Source of the DNA: Eutreptiella sp. 'Long Island Sound 2002'
Lineage: Eukaryota; Protista; Euglenida
Assembly (NCBI GenBank): GCA_964036045.1
Contig: OZ038379.1
Location: 2,418,001-2,482,000 of the forward strand
Direction: 5' to 3'
DNA: 64,000 bases
The first letter of the stretch is position 1, and the number at the start of each line of letters is the position of its first letter. Made by a program: the position numbers and the translations under genes. Positions 21,494-33,400 of the stretch are shown in pieces. The notes beneath the pieces are model-generated. The model had not been told where the DNA came from, did not search any database, and saw only the letters and a program-made list of their open reading frames with translations.

Positions 21494-24400
21494 GTATGCA
21501 CGCTCGTTTCATCGCGTGTCCAATCTGCCCCAATGTAATGTCCCAGATGGAGGGTGTCTGTGTTTCAGATCAGATTTTGAGGTGCCGTGGCCCAATCATG
21601 TGGCCGTGGCCACGGGTGCTGTGAAGCACTGTGGATTGATTTCAGGGCGTCGACCTTGGGCCAGAGAGATCATGGCGACCATGTCACACAACCCCAACAC
21701 GCCAACATGCAACAACCAGCACAACCCCAACACGCCAACTACTGGGCGCCGCTGACGCGCAAACGGCACATCCTACCACATCCATCACAGCCCCAGCACA
21801 CCAACCACTGGGCTCCGCGAACGCGAAAACAACATCAGCAGGAGCACCGGCCGCAGCGGCCGACAGAAAGCAGCAACCCGACGCAACATGCGAAGGGAAG
21901 AACGGGTGACTGTCCGGCCCCATAAAGAAACAGCAACCAGACGGAATGTCACACAGGGGGGCTGTGGGGGTGTGTATCGGGGGGGGGGGGATTGGTCACG
22001 CGTTCTGTGATTTGTAGACACTGTCGGCGTGTTGCAGATGCGAAGAGACAATATTAGGGGGAACTTGGATGGGACTGGATGGCAGCGGATGGCAGAGTGG
22101 ATGGGAGTTGGTGTACGCGAAGCATACAGGGCCCCATGTATAAGCAACACCCTTGTCCAAGCAATAGCAGGCATTGGTTCCGTCCATATGTGTGTCCAGG
22201 CCATTGCTTGGACACGGCAGAGTTGGCATAAGACGATCCTTTTTTTTGAGGTTTTTTTAAACTCTTCCTTGAGGAGTTGCCCACGCTATGGAGCCGGCGG
22301 GCGGCCTCCGGAGGCGGCCTGCCCCAGCCCTTGTACGCGACTTGCCCCTCCCCCATCCCCTGTCCCGGGTGGGTTGGGCGGAGTGCTGATGCTTTCAGGA
22401 GAAACGTCGGGCTCAAATGCTCCCTCACTCAGGAGCACTGGAATTCTTCTTCTTGTGACGCGGGCCCCAGTGCCGGTGACTGTCGAAGTGTCGTTAGTTG
22501 TACCCTCCTGAGCACAGGGCACCAGACTCCAAACCAGGCGGCAAAGCTTGCTACAAATGCCACAAGGGGAACGGGCTCCCGTCTAAGCACCGTGCATCCC
22601 GCCTCGTCCATGACAGCCAATGCATCTGCCCCAACACAAGCTTTGGTCATTCTGAGTGCTGCACAGAGAGTACAACTACTTCCTGTTGACAAAGAAATGC
22701 ACCGTCCCGTTGCATGACGCAGAAAAGTGACGGAACGGGCGCCCAGTGTTGCGAGGGCAAGCGGGGATGGAGCAAGCGTGGCGATTTAGCCCAGTATAAC
22801 ATAGGCAGTTCGATCAGTGGGCTGGGTGCTACGGTAAAGAGCACGCTGTCTGCAGGCTGAAGCAGGTTGTCCGTGGTACACCAACTTTTCTTCCGTACTT
22901 CTCGGCCACAATATGGCAAAGGGTACAAAAATGTGTTTTCACCCCATGTGTCTACACTCAATATACTCGGAATTTTCAGGAGAATTCAATAATGGACAAA
23001 AATTGGCATTTTCTCAGTTAGTGCAAAATCATTATCTCACCTCAGAGCATCGATGTTCAGTGATGGTGGGTGCCCTAGTTGGTGGCACTCTGCAAATGCA
23101 GTGGAAGGTCCTGGGTTCAAATCCTAGTGGTGGTGAATATGAGGCAGTTGAGGACAGGGATGGTTGAAGGTTTTTTCCTTTTTTTCCCCCATGGCTCATC
23201 ATGAATCTACTTTGCAAAGGCAAGGGTTCTGCAGCTACTTCTCTTTTTGTCCCCTTTTCTGGGGATCCCCGAGAACACAAGGGTAGCGTAGCAATTCCGC
23301 CCACTTGTGGGCCCCGAGAAGGCACGGGTGAAGTAGCGACTTCTGATTTTGTCCCCTTTTCTGGGGACCCCAGAGCATGCAGGGGTAATGTGGCTGGGGT
23401 TGCTACGCCCTCAAACAAAAGTACCACCTACCATGCCCCCCACCCCGTTTCAAAATTTTTTACCACAACATACATACCTCAAAATGATCAGCGCGATAAG
23501 GCGGTCATTTTAAGCCATATATATTGGGGTCCGGGAGCCCCTCCCGTTAGGCTGGCCCCCAGACCCCCCCCCCCCTCCCTGAAAGTGGCTGGAAAGTGGG
23601 AGGGAGTTGGCGTATGACCCGTTGCTACGCCCCCCCCGTGCGGTGGGTGCGGATGGTAGCCGATGGTAGTGGATGGGAGTGAATGAGAGCAGGTGGGATC
23701 AGATGGGAGTTGGTGGGAGGGGATTGAGACATATGGTTTCGGTGTGGATGGGAGTGGCACAGGTTTTGGGATAGGTACCGGCTTATCTGAAGGCAACACT
23801 ACCCCATTTCGACAGCAGTGCTGCCCCCATTCTGATGGAAAGCCTGCCCGACTGGAGGAGCAGTGCTGCCCAAGTCCGCCAGCATCCCCACGGCAGTGGC
23901 GCCCCATTCCTCAGCAAATGCTGCCTCAATTTGTGGATAGTGCTGCTGCCCTTAGAGGGGGTAGAGGTACAGGTGTTGACATGCTGCATTTCCCCTCATA
24001 TCTCAGCAAAGATCAGAGAGGCCATGGCAGACCTTGCCATCGTGCGCAAACCTCGACCAGACCCTGCGACCCCCTCCACAAACACGTTCCCATGCCAAAA
24101 GCCTGATGGCACCCGTTCTGAGCTGCCAATGTCCATTGGTCTCTCGAAGCTGCTGAAGGAGATGGAGATTGATGCCCTGCTGCCCATTCAGACTGCCACG
24201 TTCCAGGCTGTATTGGACGGTAAAGACGTAATTGGCAGGTATTGTGCTGGGCCGCGTTGACCCAATGATGCAGCATCCCGTTTCTGCGGATTTGTCTCAT
24301 GTGCAATGTGCGCAGCTCGGAGAAGGAAAGCAACGCCCATCTGTTAATAGTGTCGCCATATGAACCGGAAAAAAGGTAGTTCAGCCACTTGTCAGTTGTC

Positions 24401-27400
24401 ATCCTTTCACTGCATCTTCAACTGCGCATTTGCTGCGTCTTCTCTGTACTTCGGGTTGAAACTTAGAAAATGGTCCAGAGAAAAAGGTGCTGCAATCTCG
24501 GACACTGGGAACCACCATCAAATCCCTGAGGTTTGCTGATTCTACATGTGTAGTAGCCAGGGGGCAAGGCTTTTTTCTTAAGGCACATTGGGTTTCCCCA
24601 CCCAAGAGTAAGAAGCAACAACCGATGTTCAATCCACTGAATTTCCATCACCAGATCTGTCTATTACTGCCTGGGGGCAGAAAAAGAGCCCAGAACATGG
24701 CAACCCACAATTCAAGGCCAACCAGTTAAGGCCTAATTTGTGTGCCACAAGTTCACGTTTTGTGCTGCAGTGCTTGCCTCCTGTGTGTTTTATTTGATTT
24801 CTTCATGTGTTTTGGTGGTTTCTATTCAACCTCTTTTGACCAACGGCTGAAACTTGCTTTTTTGGCTGGCGTCAGGGATCAATGCTGGTGGCAGTTACGT
24901 GTTGTGCTGTGCTGCTGTGGTAGGGGTTGTAGGCTTGAGGCTGGAGGCGCTGCCCCCCTCCCCCCCTTCTACCCCTCAACAATCAGCCAGGACAGACCAG
25001 GAGGACATCATTGACCTGCTGGCACACTAGCCATAGGAGGACCACAGAGCAATGGCTCCCCGACGCTGAACAACGCGAAATCCTCAGAATCTTTTCTGTC
25101 AACTTTTGGGAAAAGCTCTTTGAAGACAGCGGAAAGTTGCTGAACAATCCTGAGAAATTTTGGAAACCCGCAGGGTTGCAACCACATGCGGTAACTGACG
25201 CAACTGATGGTGATTAGACGACAAGGGACAGCGGTTGGAGGATGACCGCCCGCGAAGTACCTGCGCGATGTCTACAAGTTGTCTACAACATGTCCGCAAG
25301 TTGCGTACGAGTTGCATAAAACTCGTTTGCGCATTGCGTGCATGTTTCCTACAAGTTGCCACGGAGTTGTTAGCCGCCTGCTATTTATTTGCTTGCGGGC
25401 TGCCCGCGAAACCCCCCGCGAGTGAAGGGCTCCCTGCGAGTTCCCTGCGAGTTGCCCCCTGGATGTTCCAGTGGCCTTTGAGATATGCAAATTATACATT
25501 TGCTCTGGCTACAAAAAAGACAAAGCCCCGTTTGTTGGCATCGGAATCCGCCGATTACCCTCAACTTACCGCCAGTTACCCTCGCACGCAACCAGCGGGC
25601 CTGAGGTGGGCACATCGTAGGCAACTACCGCGTGACATGGCATAGCACTCTGCCCCTTCTGCAAGTGCAGGTGCAGGTGCAGGTGCTTGCCCATGCAACA
25701 CCAAACGGCGCATGTCATTGATTTTCCGAATCCTGCGTAGGTAAACAGTATGGCCTCTATAGTCAGTGCAACACGGCACAAGCGCAGAAATCATGATGCT
25801 TGAGCACGCAAACAGTGACCTGTGTGCAATTTTTGCGCACACCTGCGGGCATGAAATCCATTTTCATGCCCTTCATTGCAAAGCACATGGGAATGCGAGT
25901 TGCCCGTGAGATTGTGCAGCGCATGGCAATCAACACGAAGCTCCCTGCTGCCAGCACAGGGCTTGGGGGTGGCACGTGCTGCGCCAGGAGGGTTGTGTGG
26001 ACTGACCCAGCCCCCTCCCCCCCTTTTGAACTGCCCTTGACCGTTACCTGACGGCATGTCGCATGACGGGCGGACCGAGGGGTAGTGGGCATTGTCTTCA
26101 GTGTCAGGGCACTCAGGGCCCGTGACTTTTACAGGTCGCATACCGGAACAGGGAAGACGTTGGCGTTCTGCCTGCCTCTGACGGAGAAGATGCTGCAGAT
26201 CAGTGAGCCCTCGCTGGACCCCATTTGCATTGTGCTGAGCCCCACACGGTATGTGTTGGTGCTGGGCCTGGGAATGGCTGCTGTTTGGCCTCGCCTTTAA
26301 GGACCGCCGACATTGAGAGGGGTCATGCAAAGGGGCGGCAGAGCCCCTCAAGCGGCACGGGACGTGCGGAGAAGGGGGCCTCATGTCCAGTCCGGCACCA
26401 ACGGCCCCTACAACAGGGCTCCTCGGGGCAGAAGTTCGTGAATGCAATTTTCACTGAACTCAAGGCAGGTGATGGCTGTTCTGGGGCCCGATCGACGCGC
26501 TGATTCCACAAATGACGTTTCCGCTTTTTCGGATTTTTGAGAATCGATCGAAGTTCGGAGGCCGTGGACTTGAGTGGGGGGCGTAAAGGCAAAGTAAGCA
26601 AAGCCGAACTGCGCACTCAGCCCCAAGCAAATTCAGCCAATTTGTGAATGCTGATGAACAGATAGTCAGTGTCCGGAAGGCTGACGCTGTTTGGGGGAGT
26701 ATTAGCGCGTGGGGCGCGCGCCGGGCTTTTTTTTTTTTACCATTCTCCACCCGTGCCTGTTTTTGCTCCACATCACCAAACAATCTGGAGTACCTTCTCA
26801 CAGTGTCTAAGAATCTGGCCCATCCTTTGCACCCAATTTATGATGATGGCAAGGGTGGTGGCTGGAAGTGGTGGGAGTGACATTTTGTGTTGTTCTCATA
26901 TTTTGGCTTGTGCAACGTGCTTTGCACAGAAGGTTTGCGGTCTAGTGCGGTCTACTTGGGGGACTTCTCTGGGTGGGCATAAACTTGGGGTTAGAGATAG
27001 GATACTTAATACAAAGGTAGCGCACCGGGCATGCGCCGGGCGCGCGCCGGGCAAACATTCCCCCTTTGACCGAGTCGTCCACCACGTGGTTCTGGCACCG
27101 ATTCACTGGGAGGCACATGATTGACGCCTTGTTTTCTATTTATGCACCTGAGGAGGGGCAGGGCAGGATGGCCAAATTGCTAATCCTACTGCCATGTGGT
27201 GCGGTGTGCGGTGCCACGTTTTTCGTTTCCCCTGCTCTTGTTGATCGACATCTTTGCGTCTCTCAGTATTGCAGGACGAAAAGGAGGAAAAGTGCAGTTT
27301 TAGGGATTGGAGTGCAGTAGAGTGGAGTAGGATTTTGCGGAAGCGGTGGCGGTGGCGGTGGCGGGGGCGGTGGCGGTGGAGTTGCCCGAGGGGGCTGGTT

Positions 27401-30400
27401 TGGACACCCCCGGACCGCCCCATGAAGGGATGGAGGGGGATGTCAAACGGGTAACTGAACAAATGTCCTTCAAAACAATCGCCAGATTGTCCTCATCACC
27501 GCACTAGTATTCTCAGCCCGTACCATAGAATTGGCCCCAGCTTTATGTGGGCCCCACAGGCCCAAAAGAAAACTTCCAAAACAGCAGGGCCCACACTGAG
27601 TGCCAGTTCACTACCAACCGCCCTGCGGCAACTGCCAACAGCCGTCAACTGCCTTCAGATTCTCAATACCCGTCGTCAGTTGACCATTGACCATCAACCG
27701 TCGGTCGCCAATCGCCAGCCGCTAAACTGGAGACCCACCGCCAATGATCACACGCATCACCAAGACCTCCAATCCTTTTAGACCTTGACCACATGTGTCC
27801 CTCCGCCCTTGCCCACATCCACCTGGGGACACAACCGCTGCGGAGTCCCTCACATTGACCGGCCCTCCGAGCCCCCGTCTATCAATCCATCACCGTCGTT
27901 TCACTGCCCCCTGTTAAGGACCGCTCTGTTGCACCCCCCCCTCCCCACGCGCGCGTGTCTTTGGGGGGGGGGGGCTTATCTCAATTTGCCCTCTCACTAG
28001 CCCTCCCATGGTCACCAGCCTCGGAGCGAAGCCACAATCATGGTGAATAAGGATGCGTCAAATGAATGTGCTAAGCAAGAAGAGCAACTAAGATACAAAA
28101 GAGAAGTGGTGGCGTCACTTTCGCGGGCAATGCAGTAGAAGCGCAAATCACCCAAAAGCAACTCACAGACAAATGAAAAGAAAACATATACATGGCTTGG
28201 GCCTTCGGGCGTCCATGTGTGGTGGGTTGCCTCTGCTTGATGTGCAGGATGGGCGCCTGTGGGGTGGGGCAAAACGGCCCTGCATGCCACCCCCAAAGTC
28301 ATGAAGTTAGCGGTTGGGGCTTTGTCACGGTGGCTTCATGAACGGGTTCCCCAACTCTCTTGATGCCTTTCCCACAAGTGGAGCGACAGATCACGGGTCC
28401 ACAGTGATAGCGTCGACCTCGGTGTACCGCTGCCACACTATGTAGAATGGTTGTCACCGCATGACCATAGCTTAGGGCTATGGACATGATACACTGACAT
28501 GCTTTTCTTTGTGCGGTCGCGCGCTGACGTGCTCCCTGTTGCCCCTCACCTCACCGCGCAGCAATCCCAAGGGGGGTGAGTCCACAAGGCCATGAGGGGA
28601 AGCTCATTCATACCCCGGGTGCGACTACGGGCACCATTTTCAATTCAGAAAATGTCCGACTGGCAGACGGTCGGTGCGGACGGACCTTCCGAATATTGAC
28701 CTTCTTTACCAAAGCCATGCCAAGAGCTTTAGGAACTGTTTCACTCAGAGCCGTGTAACTGCCGCACATTGTTTCTTGCGTGTGGCAGCCCCCAAGAGGG
28801 TGCCTTCACTCAAGGCGGGGAAGACCCCAGTGTGTTGTGGGGGAGTGGGGGAGGGGGGCCTGTGGGGCCGTGGCAGTGGTGTGAGTGCGGATCTTCCCCC
28901 TATATTCTTTGCAGGGACCTGGCACAGCAGACGGAGAAAGTGTTCCGGAGCACTCTGCGGCACTCGCGCCATAAGACTACGCTTCTGGTCGGCGGAGTCC
29001 CAATGGAGTCCCAGTTCGAGGCTTTGGACGCTGGCAACGTGGGGGTGGTCGTTGGTACGCCTGGCAGGCTTTGCGAACTGGCACGCCTGAAGCGCCTCAC
29101 GTTAAGTCAACTGCGGTGTGTGTCGGCGCCCAGGGATGCAGGCGCTCCGGGCTGAGACTCTGTCTCAACACCACAAGGCCGGAAGCCCCGCGTGGTTCTC
29201 TCTGCACAGATTTTCCTTATTTTTATTGAAACGTCACCCGCACCTAAATGCTTTCCTGGCTAACCCGCCGTCGTGCGCGGGGTCAGCCGGCGAGTTGCTG
29301 CATCACCTGACACCACGTGAGCACAACCAACTGTTTGCAGGTCAACCGCTTGTTTGCTTCGACTCAGCGGCTGTTTACATATCGGCTGTTTCTTGAAATG
29401 TGGTTTCCCGCAGCTTTGGATCTCTGCCTGTCTTTCACGTTGCCTTTGTCTCTGCCTGTAATTTTCCCTCCGTATCCGCCTGTGCCCTGGTCTCTGCTGT
29501 CGTCTCTGCCTTTGCCTCTGCCTGTACCCACCTGTCTGTGCATGTGCATGTACATGTGCTCCGGCCTTGTTTTGCTTCAATCTCATTGGTTTGACACGAG
29601 GCCTGCCATGAACGGCAAGAATTTGTCGTCCATTGGAAGTAAATAAACTGGTGGTATCTCTCCTCTTGTCATTTCGGCATCTTAAAAAAAATTTGCAGCC
29701 GTCCTCTGTCTGGCACTGTGTTCTACCCCACCGGCGGAGGCTTGCTCCCCTTTGCGCCCTGGCAGATACATCGTCGTAGACGAGGCCGACGAGATGCTAA
29801 AGCAGGGCTTTCAGGATGAGATGGAGTATTTGCTGGCCTTTGCACCGCAGAACGCCCAGGCACTGCTTTTCTGTGCCACGATGACCCCTGCTCTGCACTC
29901 GATCGCCAACGATTTCTGCAAGCCCGGCATGGTCTCTATCGATCTTGTGAAGGATAGCGCCTCTGCCACCGCCGCTGCCGATGCAGAGCAGCGCGCAACC
30001 ACGACTGCCAAGGGACTGGCAGTTGCGCCGACGGTAACACATGAGGTGCTTCCAGTGCACCCGCACGCCCGCGTGGGCGTCATCGCCGATATCCTTGTGA
30101 CACGTGCGCCGCGGAAGGCCATCGTTTTCGTGAACACCAGACACGAGGCGGCGGCTGTGGCGCGGGAGCTTTGGCAGATTGGATTGCAGAGCGTGGCCAC
30201 ATGGGACGGCTGTTGGCCACTGCATGGTGACATGCCCCAGGAGGAGCGCTCTGCTGCTCTGAAAGAATTCCGTACAGAGGGGCGGCTGAAGGTATGCTTA
30301 TGCGCTTGCCCCCTCCGTGCCGTGGCCATTTTGGGCCAAAACTGGCCAAAACTGGGCCGTTTTTGCAGAGTATCTCGCCAGCTCGATGCCAAATGGCCCG

Positions 30401-33400
30401 GCTCGCCATCGTCGATTTGTTGGCTCAAGCTCTGTGTTTCTGTGGCTTTGTGTGGATGTGTGTATAAAAGTGTGTACTGATTTGTGTGGACACATGTGTG
30501 GATGTGTGTGTTTTTGGTTTTGTCTGTGGATGTGGATGTGATCATGCGTTGATGTGTGTGTGTGTGTGTGTGGCTGTCTGTGTGGATGCCTGTGTGGTAT
30601 GTCCCAGGTATGTGCCCGGTGAGGGGCCTGGGGAGAGTGTCCCGGTCCGCGCATGGACACTGCCCCGGGAGTGCTGTGCTTGGGGATGGGGATTAGGCTA
30701 TGGACCAAGCCCCCGTGACCTGCCTGCCAAACGCCGCCCAGTCGGTAGTCACTGCCGGGCTAAGGGCCCTGACCCGTGAGACTGCGTCCCCTTCCCCCAA
30801 GGAGGGGTGGCGGACCGGACCGGAAAAGGAGCCGGTGCTCCGCCTCGCCCCCCTTTCCATCCCAAGGGTCCAAGGGAAGGGCAGCGAATGGCGATCGGCC
30901 AGTAGGTGCCGCCAGCTGCAGACGAGATCATCACACCATGGCGTCATGCCAAAACCCCCTTTCCATCCCATGGGGGGGTACCAGCAGCGCATGGGGTGGG
31001 TGTGCGTGTGCGTTGTGTGGGCCAGGGGATCATGGGGAGGGGACAAAGAGGAGAACCGCGGCCATGATGCTTAGCCGGCCGGGCCGGGACAGAGGCCTCC
31101 AATCGTGGCTAGATCGGTGAGGGCCGGCGGGCACCATGGGGTTGTGTGGCGGGTGTGCCCTACCGGGGGACCGCATCGCCTCCTCCTCCTCCTCCTCCTG
31201 GGTGCGGATGTGTTTGTGTGGATTTGTATGCGGTTTTGTCTGTGTGTGGATGTGTGCCGAAGGAGCTGTTACCAGAAGGCACTGGCTGGGATGCCGTACC
31301 AGTTTGAACTGGTGGACAAGGTGTGGGCCCTGAAAGCTGAACCCTAAAACCTACACCTCTTGGTTGTGGGCCAAGGAGTCCCTACTCACCCTTGGACTTG
31401 AACTGGCGGGTCTGTTTTGCTTCACGGCCATCAGTCCACGGTAGCACAAGGCAACCCCTGCTGCTCAACCGCCCATGGGCCCACGTGGGCGTCCAGCCAC
31501 TGTGCCAAGCGCTGGTGCCCAGGTCGCCAATCATGTGTCATGTGCCTGTGCACAGCAGCACCAGATGTGGCAAGCCGTCTCCAGGGGGCCGCCATATAGC
31601 ACACACGGTGTGGAGCATCGTCTAACGGTGTGCGGCTCGCTCTACCGGGACCATTTTGGTGGGGGTAGGTTCTCATGCCGTGGGCAACGATGTGCTGCTT
31701 GTTCTCCGTGGAACCAATCCGTAGGGAGGCCTAGTTGTGGCTGCGGCGGGTAGTTAAGCCCCTAGCGGTCCTTGTTGAACACGTCCGAAGGGGCAGCCAT
31801 TTGTTTGGCTTGTCACTCCGAGAGGTTTAAGGGTGCAAGCGAGCAGTGGTCTCAGTACAGCCACTCCGGGACCACGGTATCCGGGCGCTAGAGTAGCCAG
31901 GTCTCGGTCATACTTGGGCACCACATCTATCCTGATATTGAGGTTGGTGATCTAGTATGCGGGGGCATTTAGGATGTTGATGGTGCAATGGGGCTAGACG
32001 TGCTCCCCTCGCAGTACAGTAGCATAGAGGAGGTGTATACCATCCCAATGGCCTCCCTCTTGGTACGTTCATAGGGCCCCAACCAATGCCTCCGGGTCTG
32101 AGACGATCCAGTAAGTACTAGTTGAGGGACATAGGAGAGCACTATCTTTGACTCTCCAATTGCCACCTAGGCCCAGGGGATGGTGAAATTTGGCTTGCGC
32201 CTTGGGGGGTCCACAGTAGTCGCCACAACGGGGGGGGCCAAGCGCCCCTGGTCCTCGGCTTTTTCTTTCCCCCCCTTCCCTCGGATCACCTGCTGCAGGT
32301 TGCCAACACTTGTCAGACAATAATGTCACTCCAAAATAGCCCCCCCCCCCGCCCCCCCCCTCCGAAGCTTACCAATAGACTCCGTTATCGGATGCGACTG
32401 ACACTTAAGGGGGCTCCTCAGGCTCCACCTCAGGAGGCGCAATGCCCAACCCTTCATAAAGTGGGCGAGGTGAAACACACACTCATACCTCCCCATCCCA
32501 TTGGGGCCTAAAAGTTTAACGTGACACCTCTCCTTTATTGGCTCCCTCCAGTTAGGAAAAGGGGGGCGGAAGTATCTTTTTTTAGACACCAATTTGGGTT
32601 TTCTGCATTTTACCGGTGAAAATGGTAGACATAATTGCCCACCCTTTCAAGCCTTTTCTTCTCGCTCGGCACGAAAATGAAAACCCCTCCCTATCCCCAT
32701 GGCTTGTGCACAATGAGTATGCGGCTTTTTGCAATTGATGGCCCACAGGTTTTTAGCTGTTGCCCCAGCCCTACAGCATTGGAGGCCCATGTACCCCTAT
32801 GGTAGGTCCACATTGAGCACAATCACAATCACCATCTTCACCGTCATCACTTTTATCGCAGTCATGATTACAATCAACATTCACATCGCAATCACCATCA
32901 CATTCTACGATTACACCTAATCCCAACACCCGCATTGAACCTGCTATTACACATATTCCTCTTCCCGTAGAGCGTCTCCGTGCTCCTTTCACATGTGCAA
33001 CTCATCAGCACGAACCTTGATCTCTCCACCACAAGAGCTTTGGACCATGTTCTGCGGGAGAGAGCAATTGTCCACCTGTGCCAGCCGCCTTCCGCTGCTA
33101 GCCACACTGCTGTTTAGGATGCCGTCGCTCATTTGAGGAATGGTGCCTACACTGGGGCACCACATGGAGATGTGCATGAAGTTTGCCTTCCCGTTTCTAT
33201 TTTTGGCACCATACACCCAACCCCCGCAATGGGTGGCCGTGGTTTGTATTCATTAATGGCATGTTGTTTGGATTGTTTGCCCCCGACCCCTCCTTTTGCC
33301 ACCCACCTCTTCAAAAGGTTGACCTCCGGCTACGAGGAATGGAAAGGTGCGCCCGGGGTGGTACCGCCAAGGCCGGCGGAGGAAGCACCCAACTACCAGT

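Noticed and set aside
22545-22600. Gag zinc knuckle (KACYKCHKGNG)
   Set aside because: Lacks the His and final Cys, and there is no supporting gag/pol context.
23835-24006. N-terminal extension of the helicase from the ORF-track start at 23835
   Set aside because: The pyrimidine tract + CAG at 24006 is phase-compatible with exon A, so the extension is most likely intron.
30480-30600. ORFs rich in CV/HT here and at ~40950-41035, 41437-41470 and 47050-47085
   Set aside because: They are translations of (GT)n/(CA)n microsatellites.
32987-33008. Hammerhead ribozyme core on the - strand (CTGATGA-N11-GAAA)
   Set aside because: Stem II and stem I do not pair convincingly; probably chance. An Infernal search would settle it.
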